From the NCBI GenBank assembly GCA_020057295.1, contig JAGVGF010000006.1:160001-224000 (forward strand): a stretch of DNA of 64,000 nt, read 5' to 3'. The DNA is from an archaeon. Lineage in GTDB: Archaea > Nanobdellota > Nanobdellia > Woesearchaeales > UBA9642. The notes beneath the pieces were generated by a model that saw only the letters and a program-made list of their open reading frames with translations, did not search any database and was not told the DNA's origin. This document shows positions 29,501-37,235 of this stretch, one piece after another (positions within the stretch are counted from its first letter, which is position 1; the number at the start of each line of letters is the position of its first letter). Position numbers and translations under genes: made by a program.

Positions 29501-29811
29501 CCAGTATAGCCGTTAAAATCTGTACAAGATTGAGAACCGCCATCGCAAGTTTCATAACCATTCTTTTTACCATCACCACAAGATTCACAAAATCCACAAC
29601 CAGCCCACCGACAACTAGAACAATAATTTAGGCCATTATATCCCCCACCACAGGAACAAGAATTAGGCCAATTTTGATCACACTGCTCTCCAGGATCCAA
29701 AATAGTATCACCACAATATGCGGAAACATTAGAAGAAATAATAATTAATAGAAAAGTGCTTAATATAAAAAATATTGTTAGTGAAAATAACGTTTTATTC
29801 TTCATCATCAT
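23530..29811 (-). CDS. Very large Cys-rich secreted/surface protein with many DUF4215-like repeats
   Basis: Signal peptide ending VSA-Y; many CG[DN]x..E.CD units (e.g. GEQCDDGNLNNYDGCSSSC, GEECDDGNSVVGDGCSSC); three copies of a C.I....P..C...C......V.[YF]TG.C....Q[VI]D module. Confidence 0.82.
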   Translation of the reverse strand: MMMKNKTLFSLTIFFILSTFLLIIISSNVSAYCGDTILDPGEQCDQNWPNSCSCGGGYNGLNYCSSCRWAGCGFCESCGDGKKNGYETCDGGSQSCTDFNGYTGTQSCFLCTGYSNCYSTEMCGDGWRNGRELCDGDTVSCSTVAGYSGTQRCGGLCNGYDQCYSYESCGDNVRNGNEQCDSNTETCFVNGYPGSKSCDLWCSWNNCVTPYYCGDSITIGPEQCDGNTRACTTAAGYAGTESCTGSCSWSGTCVPSESCGDNVRNGNEQCDGSGTICITNGYIGSKSCSASCTLNACTTTQHCGDNIRNGFEICDGTSGSTCANIYGAEYIGTPGCRTDCSAFVQGTCRIALDYVCKGSSTGSCDIFAIPSLSWSGYDCGANAPTDCSTVESGNDPNICGGTINCKDSSLQSNSACTAAGCTWQPNVCGDSVMNVAAGEQCDDGNLNNYDGCSSSCLKTYVCKGSSTQSCNGYFVDNCETECDTAPAGCYADQFWSECYHSCGGIIECKDSSLQSNSACTAAGCGWQPNVCGDGVVNVLDGEECDDGNSVVGDGCSSCKLEYICKGPSTRSCGEFEIPSLSWSGYDCSADAPLNCYTVEPAINPNYCDGTIDCSAYRGAKCTTLGCSWVPSICGDNIIDPNRGDECDGSTAYGKTCANYNVYSDPQGNGADVPANNGNLICGGCKLNSAGCGYCSNGIREPAEICDGSDINGKVCSQYNSCSNANGNAVNCNNGVVSCTNSCNFDYSKCGYCGNNVKEFSETCDGTTLNSMTCTGVKNDGRTWIGTLGCNTGCSGYDVSRCTTCGNTITDSGEQCDYIPPSSVTFSTTASMQRSNNNGANYYGVCGDTTSLTRFCLENGFNTATVGATPITFGTPCIKYVGGWNTLIAAYVYPVTCSNNIPDTSVGCTNTCQIKDCTILSASITPSSCGSSSANACNVGTTWTVNVRYTGNCALTEAIQVDAASSDNSCKIQFSSGSMKGMTGSNTLLNTPLITTTSFTYTVPTLPLICGNKVINNITGISFRYDGGVVVKSLPVNDLSKRLLDITEDDLLGSYPSKKVLASKDVSEKIDTEYFGIGATLPPTILAYYAGTQINPIYLYNIECDTNTDCVVKNSLKPTCIFRQCVACTSDAQCPANTFCMGDGACGTCKITGIDIKPGNGCDIVNSACNSDNKLNITVNYTGDCSKAKSVQIDFASAYGSCVMNYNTPDSTNVISKMILLIFNPNLSSFTSPTNLLSDKIPSIPVGCNGQTLTLVASEAYSGLPIPLNKQSNYYSTTLTKGITLTNGSCGNYFVDTIYGEQCDVGPTDTADCYKCHWSICGDGMKQTPNHNSITEQCDLGGFNTNTACVAAPNTVCSYCNTTCSNITIIGPICGDGKLDAGEQCDYNTTSGSKTYPSPNATDGSRVVICDDKPSRVKYCIDNNYATSNEAAATHSGSVASCKLWNGLQWITNNSKNITTSVTCSRRANDPYDEYDPDNMIGQDGSGCSPNCTLRTRCGDAIAQTISEGATNLNGGPFPWLAQNGTLCDGTETYCESGYQAHIEWRQFTGFWGYLNHSKFWSNRWWVPDYPDFYVVPLSDTDPNYFMATLHCDFKYDSWCNDETQTYDISNLDRTFYDLTENDFQRGLNAGGTNYYKIYGDHNNNGREICDTLGVTHVVKAGQPYPGHAPCLDTCTIDWPKWTQDAARCGDGITQPQYGESCDSSNPGCVYCQLCSITNVAVYPGTGCDRGVCAPKDKVRVVINFTGDCSAARFAQVDINSTDGACNIGGQGAVIGLNSSEMGDLSIGAGSTSIEFNYTLNGTIPAKCAGKLMGVIPPGGAAFFTNAAKTLNTVDDKFYPHTQNIPVANSGVNFTIDSAHHTWMTCAEVRDKLGLTVLGQSCALPVPPVHKICAGASNCVYKNSSGQAACLVASLNLDNPAVTNYDGNTVICSANKTLCPQGFRYGLTDGYCFPALNSCDVGTDFNTGNNCSKLLNALFKLPLFVNITGDERVNGSSADTVKKCAKKCGLDKKKVTLSNECVRNCLINPTAAVIPGNIVEDPKYDLIVNSIITNCTFPDIVVTDKIGYYCGISNLFNSTSGKYLIYGKKNIVVN
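28213..28593. repeat. Intragenic direct repeat, about 72 bp x2, period 309 nt
   Basis: atcaccacaaacatttggttgccaa..acaaccagcagcagtacaagcagaattagactgcaaagaagaatc at 28213-28284 and 28522-28593. Encodes DSSLQSNSACTAAGC.WQPNVCGD. Confidence 0.85.
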
Positions 29812-30469
29812 TACTCTTGACGACTTTTGATTTTGTCGTAGAAGATTTTTTCTCAGATTTAAATTTTTGTGTAATAGAATTTAATTCATTTACATTATCA
29901 ATGAATGTTGGTAAAACTTTTCCAAATACTTTTTCCATTGCTTGCAATTGTGCACCGACGTCAATCATATGTTTATCATAATCTCCAATCTTTCCAATAA
30001 TTGCATTGTGTAATTTATCGAATTGTGCTTGTAAGTCTGTCATCTGTTGTTCCATTGATGCTAACTTATTATCTGCTTTTTGTTTCCATTCAATTACTTT
30101 ATTTATGTCTTTTACAAGTTCATTCCATTTCTCGTCTATGATTGCTTCTACTAATTCTTCGGGCGATCCTTGTAATGAACTCATTGAAACCCCTTGTGAA
30201 GGCATAGATTGTATTGGTGGTAATTGATTACCAAGTTGTTGCATTTGTGGACTTAATTGAGAATTTGATTGTTCGCCTGCTGCTTGTGGTGAACCCATTT
30301 CTGATTGTGATATTGCATCAAATATCTGGCTAGAAGTATAACCATCTCTTTGTAATGTTTGTATAATCTGATTATTAGTGTAGCCTTGCTGCTTCATTGC
30401 AGAAACTTGTCCAATCGGAATATCTGGACCAGCAGCGAGGTCAGATTTGTTAGACTTAAATATACCCAT
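29795..30469 (-). CDS. Hypothetical cytoplasmic protein: small helical N-domain, Gln/Ser/Pro linker, coiled coil
   Basis: QV..MKQQGY.NNQII..LQ.DGY...QI.DA; EELVEAIIDEKW followed by heptad-rich segment. Stop overlaps the start of the 2093-aa gene. Confidence 0.75.
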   Translation of the reverse strand: MGIFKSNKSDLAAGPDIPIGQVSAMKQQGYTNNQIIQTLQRDGYTSSQIFDAISQSEMGSPQAAGEQSNSQLSPQMQQLGNQLPPIQSMPSQGVSMSSLQGSPEELVEAIIDEKWNELVKDINKVIEWKQKADNKLASMEQQMTDLQAQFDKLHNAIIGKIGDYDKHMIDVGAQLQAMEKVFGKVLPTFIDNVNELNSITQKFKSEKKSSTTKSKVVKSNDDEE

Positions 30470-30649
30470 AACACCCTCTTTATATTATTAACGCACAATT
30501 ACTATATATAATATGCATTTATACCAATAACATGTTTATAAACTTTACGCTCAACTATATATAGTATATTATTACAACATTATCCGAGTTCATCGTAACA
30601 TTTTTAAACAATATATGTTTTCGTGAAATATTATTGTGGGGTAAATTTT

Positions 30650-32044
30650 ATGGGTTTGTTTGATAACATTATCAATAATCTGCCAGAAGTATCACGTCCA
30701 AGTCAGAAGAAGTTGCCTTTTAAGGACAAGCTTAAATGGACTCTGATTATATTGATGATATTCTTTGTACTTGGAATGATTCCATTATTTGGTCTTGGTT
30801 CTAATGCATTACAACAGTTTGAATTCTTATCTATTATATTAGGTGCAAGTTTCGGATCCATAATATCACTTGGTATCGGTCCAATAGTTACTGCATCTAT
30901 CGTATTACAATTATTGAATGGTTCTGGACTTTGGAAATTTGATATGACCACACATGAAGGTAAGCAAAGATTTCAAGGATTTCAGAAATTATTCTCTATA
31001 TTTTTCATCATATTAGAAGCTGGCGTATATGTATTCATGGGAGGTCTTTCACCTAATGCAGCATACATCGGTACTTCATTATATTTCCAGTTAGAATTAG
31101 TTTTAGTATTCCAATTAATCCTTGGCGGAATAATGATTATGTTTATGGACGAGATTGTTACTAAATGGGGTTTTGGTTCTGGTATCTCATTATTTATTGC
31201 GGCAGGTGTTGCTCAACAAGTATTTATCAGAGCATTTTCATTTCTTCCGAATCCATCTAGTCCAGGAACGGTTACTGGAGCGATTCCTAACTTATTTATT
31301 AGTTTAGCAGGAGGAGATCCTACTACTGCGATGTTAATGATTGCATCCATTGTAGCAACTATAGTTGTATTCCTACTTGCAGTTTATGTTCAAGCAATGA
31401 AAGTAGAAATACCACTTAGTTTTGGTAGAGTAAGAGGACATGGAATAAGATGGCCATTAAATTTCTTATACACATCTAACATTCCAGTAATTTTAGTCGC
31501 TGCATTAATGGCTAATGTACAATTATTTGCAACATTATTACAAAAATGGGGTCATCCAATACTTGGAACATTTAGTGGTAGCTCTCCAACATCAGGATTC
31601 GTATTATGGATTTATGGTGGAGATGTTGTCGGAAAACTTATTAAAGGATCATTTGTACCAGCAGATTTATTTCATGCATTAGTATATATATTATTCATGG
31701 TTATTGGTTCAGTAGTATTCAGTATATTCTGGGTTCAGTCAGCAGGTATGGATTCTAGAAGTCAAGCTAAACAGATAATGTCTTCAGGATTACAAATTCC
31801 AGGATTTAGACGAGATGAAAGAGTATTAGAAAGAGTTCTAGATAGATATATTTGGCCATTGACAATAATGGGTGCAATTAGTGTAGGATTTTTAGCAGCT
31901 CTTGCAGATTTAAGCGGAGCATTATCTAGAGGAACAGGAATATTATTAACAGTAATGATTATATACCAATTATATGAGAATATTGCTCGTGAACACATGA
32001 TGGATATGAATCCAATGATGAGAAAGTTCATGGGAAGTAAATAA
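30650..32044 (+). CDS. secY: Preprotein translocase SecY (archaeal Sec61alpha)
   Basis: LPEV..P, KLKWT, LGIGPIVTASIVLQLL.G, DE.V.KWG.GSGISLFIAAG, LYTSNIPVIL, IPGFRRD, GTGILL.V.I. ATG at 30650. Confidence 0.96.
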   Translation: MGLFDNIINNLPEVSRPSQKKLPFKDKLKWTLIILMIFFVLGMIPLFGLGSNALQQFEFLSIILGASFGSIISLGIGPIVTASIVLQLLNGSGLWKFDMTTHEGKQRFQGFQKLFSIFFIILEAGVYVFMGGLSPNAAYIGTSLYFQLELVLVFQLILGGIMIMFMDEIVTKWGFGSGISLFIAAGVAQQVFIRAFSFLPNPSSPGTVTGAIPNLFISLAGGDPTTAMLMIASIVATIVVFLLAVYVQAMKVEIPLSFGRVRGHGIRWPLNFLYTSNIPVILVAALMANVQLFATLLQKWGHPILGTFSGSSPTSGFVLWIYGGDVVGKLIKGSFVPADLFHALVYILFMVIGSVVFSIFWVQSAGMDSRSQAKQIMSSGLQIPGFRRDERVLERVLDRYIWPLTIMGAISVGFLAALADLSGALSRGTGILLTVMIIYQLYENIAREHMMDMNPMMRKFMGSK

Positions 32045-32101
32045 TTAAAATTAAAAAATATTTATTTTATTAATTTTTAAAATTTTTGAGGGGGAGTTTT
32101 T

Positions 32102-32869
32102 ATGGCAGGTTTTTTAGATACAATATTTAATCCTTGGTTAGGTCAAGCGCTACTTTTACCATCATTCTGGTCCCTATTAATTATATGTACATTTATCACG
32201 CTACTTGTTACTGTAGTCTATAAATATACTACTAATCAAGTAGAGATGAAACGTATCAAGGGAGACTTAAAGAAGTATCAGAAAGAGATGCGTGAAACTA
32301 AAGATACTAAGAAATTAATGGTCATACAAAAGAAGGCTTTAGAATTAAATATGAAATATATGACCTCTTCATTTAAGTCAACATTATATACTTTTATTCC
32401 TATAATAATTATATTCGCTTGGCTTAACATGCATATTGCATACGAGCCAATCAGACCAAATACAGATTTTATTATAACTGCACAATTTGGTGAAGGTGCT
32501 AAGGGATTTATTAATTTGACAACCATGCCTGAAATGAAATTTCTGAATGATGCATCACAAGAAATTAAAGATAATAAAGCAGTGTGGAAATTAAATGGAG
32601 ATTCGGGAGAGTATAAACTGAATTTCGATTATAATAATGAAGGACCATATACACACACAGTGTTAATTACTAATGATAAAACTTATACCACTCCAGAAAA
32701 GATTATTAAAGATAGTAAATTGAAATCTATAATTAACGGTAATGCTCCAGTTCATCCATTTGGTCAAGATTTTAACTTGTTTGGATGGTATCCTGGATGG
32801 TTAGCCACATACATAATACTATCATTAATACTTTCTGCAGGATTTAGAAAAGTATTCGATGTATACTAA
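32102..32869 (+). CDS. DUF106 / EMC3-TMCO1 (Oxa1 superfamily) membrane insertase-like protein with extracellular insertion
   Basis: TM, coiled coil (MKRIK..LKKYQKEM), SFKSTLYTFIPIIIIF.WL, GWL.TYII.S...S...RK. Canonical position after secY. Confidence 0.85.
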   Translation: MAGFLDTIFNPWLGQALLLPSFWSLLIICTFITLLVTVVYKYTTNQVEMKRIKGDLKKYQKEMRETKDTKKLMVIQKKALELNMKYMTSSFKSTLYTFIPIIIIFAWLNMHIAYEPIRPNTDFIITAQFGEGAKGFINLTTMPEMKFLNDASQEIKDNKAVWKLNGDSGEYKLNFDYNNEGPYTHTVLITNDKTYTTPEKIIKDSKLKSIINGNAPVHPFGQDFNLFGWYPGWLATYIILSLILSAGFRKVFDVY

Positions 32870-32941
32870 ACTATTTTTATTTCTTTAATTTCTAAGCACA
32901 AATTTGTAGGTTATAACTAGAATCAGTCATCACAAAACAAG

Positions 32942-33000
32942 AGAAATGTGCACATTTCTAAGTTTTGAACCCCGTCTAAGAGTTCAAAACATTTATAAAT
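32942..33000. promoter_or_regulatory. Palindrome, inverted repeat and TATA box upstream of rpl34e
   Basis: Perfect 18-bp palindrome AGAAATGTGCACATTTCT (32942-32959); GTTTTGAAC-N11-GTTCAAAAC (32962-32990); ATTTATAAAT (32991-33000). Confidence 0.55.
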
Positions 33001-33100
33001 GCCCTAAAATTCCTTTATATTAGATAAGATAAGCATGTTCGAGTAAGTTTCATGGTATTCGAATAAGCACAAATTAACAATAATAATTCAGAGGTCAAAA

Positions 33101-33364
33101 ATGCCAAGAGGAAATTTAAAATCAAGAACATACAGAAGAATTCATGTAAGAACTACAAAGGGATCTAAATTAGTTTATGCTAAGAGAAAGCCATCAAAAG
33201 CACATTGTGCAATGTGTAATGCAATACTTCATGGTGTTGCAAGTGAAAGACCATACATAATGGGCAAGTTAGCAAAGACTGAAAAGAGACCTGAAAGACC
33301 ATTTGCTGGACAATTATGTAGTAAGTGCATGAGATTAAAAATCAAGTCAACATTAACAGAATAA
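33101..33364 (+). CDS. rpl34e: 50S ribosomal protein L34e
   Basis: SRTYRR..VRT, KPSKAHC..C...LHGV, KTEKRPERPF.G.LC.KC. Confidence 0.93.
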   Translation: MPRGNLKSRTYRRIHVRTTKGSKLVYAKRKPSKAHCAMCNAILHGVASERPYIMGKLAKTEKRPERPFAGQLCSKCMRLKIKSTLTE

Positions 33365-33464
33365 ATTTATTTTTATTAATTATTTAATTTTATAAAAAAA
33401 CAAGAGATTGTCTCCCGGATTTTTCGGCGACGGAATCGTTTCTGTGGAGATGGAGAAGATTAAA

Positions 33465-33839
33465 ATGTTTGAAGTAGGAAGAATATGTGTAAAAATAGCT
33501 GGCAGAGATGCTGGACAAAAATGTGTAATAGTAGATGTTCTAGACGATAAATATGTTCTAGTTGACGGTATGACTCGTAGAAGAAAATGTAACAAAATGC
33601 ATTTAGAACCTTCAAGTCAGACTGTAGCAATAACACAAAATGCATCACATGAACATGTTATTAAAGCATTTAAGGAATTAGGTTTAGAAGTTAAAACTAC
33701 TAAGGTTAAAGGAAAAACTGTAAAACCAAAAGCAGCAAAGTTATCAATAGTAAAACCTGTCGATACAAGACCTAAGAAAGAAAAGAAACCTAAAGCAGAA
33801 AAAGTTAAAGCTGAGAAATCAGAAAAGGTTAAAAAATAA
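33465..33839 (+). CDS. rpl14e: 50S ribosomal protein L14e with Lys-rich C-terminal tail
   Basis: MFEVGRICVKIAGRDAGQKCVIVD..D..YVL.DG..RRRKCN..HLEP. True start is likely the ATG at 33465. Confidence 0.93.
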   Translation: MFEVGRICVKIAGRDAGQKCVIVDVLDDKYVLVDGMTRRRKCNKMHLEPSSQTVAITQNASHEHVIKAFKELGLEVKTTKVKGKTVKPKAAKLSIVKPVDTRPKKEKKPKAEKVKAEKSEKVKK

Positions 33840-33914
33840 ATTTTTTAATCATTTTTTATTTTATTCTTTAAATTTATATTTCATTTTTTGTAAAATTTTA
33901 TTATCACAACAATA

Positions 33915-33922
33915 TTTATAAA
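33915..33922 (+). promoter_or_regulatory. TATA box of the 1062-aa pilin-like gene
   Basis: TTTATAAA ending about 25 nt before the ATG at 33948, with no obvious RBS. Confidence 0.5.
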
Positions 33923-33947
33923 CTTATTCTCTTAATTTTTATACTAT

Positions 33948-36900
33948 ATGAGGGATGGTTATAAAAAGAGGGGTCAATTCACAATATTTGTTATTGTAGG
34001 GATAGTTATATTCTTTATATTTTCATTTGCGATATATTCTAGAGCTAAGCTTGTTAGTACACAATTAACAACATTGGCCGATAGACAAATCAAAGAATAT
34101 ATTGATAGAAATTCTATTAATCAATATGTTACAAGTTGTCTGGATGCTGTAGCAAACGAAGCTATAATACAAGCAGGCATTCAGGGAGGAGTATATAATT
34201 TTAGTGGACAAACGTTAAACACAGATTATGTCTTATATACCGATTCATATCATAATCGTACAGTTAATCTTTCAATAGTTATCAAAGAAAATAACGGTTG
34301 TCCAGATAGCAGACCTGCATATCAATATGTTGTAACTCAAAGTCCGGGATTTTATCCATTCACTTTTGGAAATGTATATCTTAATGCTCTTGACTCATTA
34401 TACAAACCAGCATATGCTGGAGGAATAAATAATTGTACAATTAATAATTTTCATGAACATAGCGGTTTTTTTGGTGTGAATAATCTTTCAATACTTTGTG
34501 ATCTTAATGGTGCTAATACAGTAGATTTTAGATATGGTAATAGTAATTCTATCAGTTGTGATTATTATAATTATGAAAACACTTTGCAAGTTTCCATGCA
34601 AGATTTTATATCTCGAGAAGTTAATAAGTGCATAAATTTTACTGAAGTTTTAAAACGTAGTCCTAGTAATATTACACTAGTTGGCAATGTTAGTTCTAGA
34701 GTTTTGTTTGGTCAACAAGGAATGGAAATAACTTTAGAATATCCTTTTACAATTATGATGTTTAATCGTCAACCTGTTACTAGAATGTTTGATTTTACCG
34801 TAAATAAGAATATTGCATTCAAAGAATTATATGATTACACGTATGAGCTAGCTAACAATGAAGTTAAAGATATTAAATTTTATATCAACAGGAGTGGAAA
34901 TAGTATTACTAGTCGCAGTACACGAAGATTGGGTGAAGACGTTTTTAGTTCAAACTATATTATAGATATACATTCAGGTAATGCTTATAATAATTTTACA
35001 GATATAATTAGCGTAATTGATTATGATAATAAAATTAATGGTGAACCTTTAGTAATTAATTTTGGTATAAAAAATCGTAGACCTGCATTAGAATATATTC
35101 ACGAAGGTACATCAGATTTGTACGATGTGTTGGGTGTAGAAAATGAAACGATGATACTTACACCAGTAGGTTTTGATCCCGACAGAGAAGCTGACAATGA
35201 ACATTTAACATACATATATAATTTGTGGGCTGAAGATTATAAAAATGTTTACAATTACACAGATATTAAATGTCGTGAGCCCGACAATTTAAATTATATT
35301 ATTGCTAATTGTACTAATGGTTTTAATATTTCCTTATCAGGCGCACCACATAATTGGTCTAATTCCACATTATATATATCAACACAAACCAATGCAAGTT
35401 ATAGACCATCTAAAGAAGATACAGGATATCATATTGTTAGAATTACTATATATGATCGTAATAATTTATATGATTATCAAGATGTACGCATAATGGTATT
35501 TGATTTACCAACAGCTAAAATCAATGCAACAAACCTTTATGATGATATACCATCAAATTATACATCATATGAGGATGCATACATACTCAATGGTACAAAC
35601 TCAATTGCTGGAACAATCGCACAATCTATCGGTGCAACATTATCAACATTCACATGGAATGATAGTCAAGAACCATTCAATATCACCGTAGATGTAAGAC
35701 CAGGAATACAGTACAGAACATTATTTATTCCAAATATTAGCCTATTAACTTTTTCTCCAGATGTTGCAATATGGAATATCACACAGTATACGTTTGCAAA
35801 GAAGGGAGTAAGTTCTCAAATACACAATATATCATTAACCGTGAATACTTCAATGGGATTAAAACATACAGCAACATGGCAAGTAAATGTCACACAATGC
35901 GTTCCACATAAAGCAACACCATTTGTATATCCCTATCCTTATAATCCTCAACCGTATAATTTAATTAATTCACTAATGGCAAATCATACATGTTGCCTGA
36001 GCAATTATTCATACGCACCTAATACTGTAGAATGTTTTAATAATGTAAGATATGGATTAAACAGAACATTAACAGATTATAGATTTTATCCAAACATACC
36101 TCAAGATCCAAATGCAAATCCTTCATACAATATAGTTTATTCGGGAATTATTCTTGGAGATAAAACAGATAACGATATTTTTAGACAAACATTCTTAAGA
36201 AATTGTTCAGCAGATAGAGGAAACACATGTACTGGTCAAGCATCAGAAGAAAGAGAAGATGTTACAAAATGTGATGATAAAAATAATGGTGTTAGTAACA
36301 TATGGGTTTTTGGAACTTATGAAAGATGCAGTGGTCCTCCTATTGCTAATATTAATGTAAATTTATCAAGTAATCCTGGATGCATAAATTATGGCTCTGG
36401 ACAAACATTCGAAAAATTATCAGGAGCCGGAACAGGAAGTTGCACGGGAGCCAGCGGAAGATGTGCGACAGGCAATGGTCCTGCTGAATCATTCGGATTC
36501 GGCGTATCAGTATACAAATATAAATGTGCAGGCGGTTGTAATAGTGTTAATGGTAAATGTGAACCTACTAACTGTTTATGTGATAGAACTTGCGATGGTG
36601 GTGTTAGTAGCGAATGTGAAATTTATGGTCCCGGATCACACAACACAGGTAAATGCGACATTAATAGTATAGAGAAGGAATGTAATAATTGTAATTATCA
36701 AACAACAGGGAAATGTAAATTGACAGGATTAAATAATTGCAATGCAAATATAGATTGTGATGGAAAAACTCCTGGAATGGCAACAGGAAATTGTAACGCA
36801 GGAATAAATCCTGGAATTCCAGATAAATGTAGTAATTCTTGTGGTGTTGAAGATTTTGGAACAACATGTAGTAGTTCGTGTCCTGGAGTAGCAACAGAAT

Positions 36901-37136
36901 GTGATACTAAATCTCCTCTAAGTATTTCTTCTAACCCTAATAAGTACTGTAATGAGAATTGTCAACTGGAAGATTGCGGGGCACATATTCCAGATATGAG
37001 CGAACCAAGTCATTGCAAAACTCAATGTACATTTAATTCTGATTGCTCTACTAATAGTTGTTGTACAACACCCGGAAAGCTAAGATTTAGAGATTGTCTT
37101 GAAATAGGAGAAACATGCAATTCAGCACCATCATAA
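33948..37136 (+). CDS. Large class III signal-peptide (type IV pilin-like) protein with Ig/PKD-like middle and Cys-rich C-terminus
   Basis: KKRG/QFTIFVIVGIVI pilin-like N-terminus; YVTSCL....EAI...G.QGG; NRRP.L...GFDPD; C-terminal ~300 aa very Cys-rich. Confidence 0.8.
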   Translation: MRDGYKKRGQFTIFVIVGIVIFFIFSFAIYSRAKLVSTQLTTLADRQIKEYIDRNSINQYVTSCLDAVANEAIIQAGIQGGVYNFSGQTLNTDYVLYTDSYHNRTVNLSIVIKENNGCPDSRPAYQYVVTQSPGFYPFTFGNVYLNALDSLYKPAYAGGINNCTINNFHEHSGFFGVNNLSILCDLNGANTVDFRYGNSNSISCDYYNYENTLQVSMQDFISREVNKCINFTEVLKRSPSNITLVGNVSSRVLFGQQGMEITLEYPFTIMMFNRQPVTRMFDFTVNKNIAFKELYDYTYELANNEVKDIKFYINRSGNSITSRSTRRLGEDVFSSNYIIDIHSGNAYNNFTDIISVIDYDNKINGEPLVINFGIKNRRPALEYIHEGTSDLYDVLGVENETMILTPVGFDPDREADNEHLTYIYNLWAEDYKNVYNYTDIKCREPDNLNYIIANCTNGFNISLSGAPHNWSNSTLYISTQTNASYRPSKEDTGYHIVRITIYDRNNLYDYQDVRIMVFDLPTAKINATNLYDDIPSNYTSYEDAYILNGTNSIAGTIAQSIGATLSTFTWNDSQEPFNITVDVRPGIQYRTLFIPNISLLTFSPDVAIWNITQYTFAKKGVSSQIHNISLTVNTSMGLKHTATWQVNVTQCVPHKATPFVYPYPYNPQPYNLINSLMANHTCCLSNYSYAPNTVECFNNVRYGLNRTLTDYRFYPNIPQDPNANPSYNIVYSGIILGDKTDNDIFRQTFLRNCSADRGNTCTGQASEEREDVTKCDDKNNGVSNIWVFGTYERCSGPPIANINVNLSSNPGCINYGSGQTFEKLSGAGTGSCTGASGRCATGNGPAESFGFGVSVYKYKCAGGCNSVNGKCEPTNCLCDRTCDGGVSSECEIYGPGSHNTGKCDINSIEKECNNCNYQTTGKCKLTGLNNCNANIDCDGKTPGMATGNCNAGINPGIPDKCSNSCGVEDFGTTCSSSCPGVATECDTKSPLSISSNPNKYCNENCQLEDCGAHIPDMSEPSHCKTQCTFNSDCSTNSCCTTPGKLRFRDCLEIGETCNSAPS

Positions 37137-37235
37137 ATATTTCATTATAATAAACCAATATCAATTTGTGCTTACAAAACCAAAACATATTTAAATACTA
37201 TTGGTGGGTATTAGTGTTAAAAAGGTGGGTGTTTA

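Noticed and set aside
30554-30565. Palindrome ACTATATATAGT between divergent promoters
   Set aside because: Low-complexity AT repeat that is likely by chance in this composition.
30623-30649. Extended N-termini from the ORF track (secY 30623, L14e 33408, 58349, 59552, 60219, 61307)
   Set aside because: Downstream ATGs fit family N-termini, RBS positions or stop/start coupling better.
33401-33460. tRNA or other known ncRNA in the GC-rich patch
   Set aside because: Too short, with no cloverleaf or T-loop (GTTCRA) signature.
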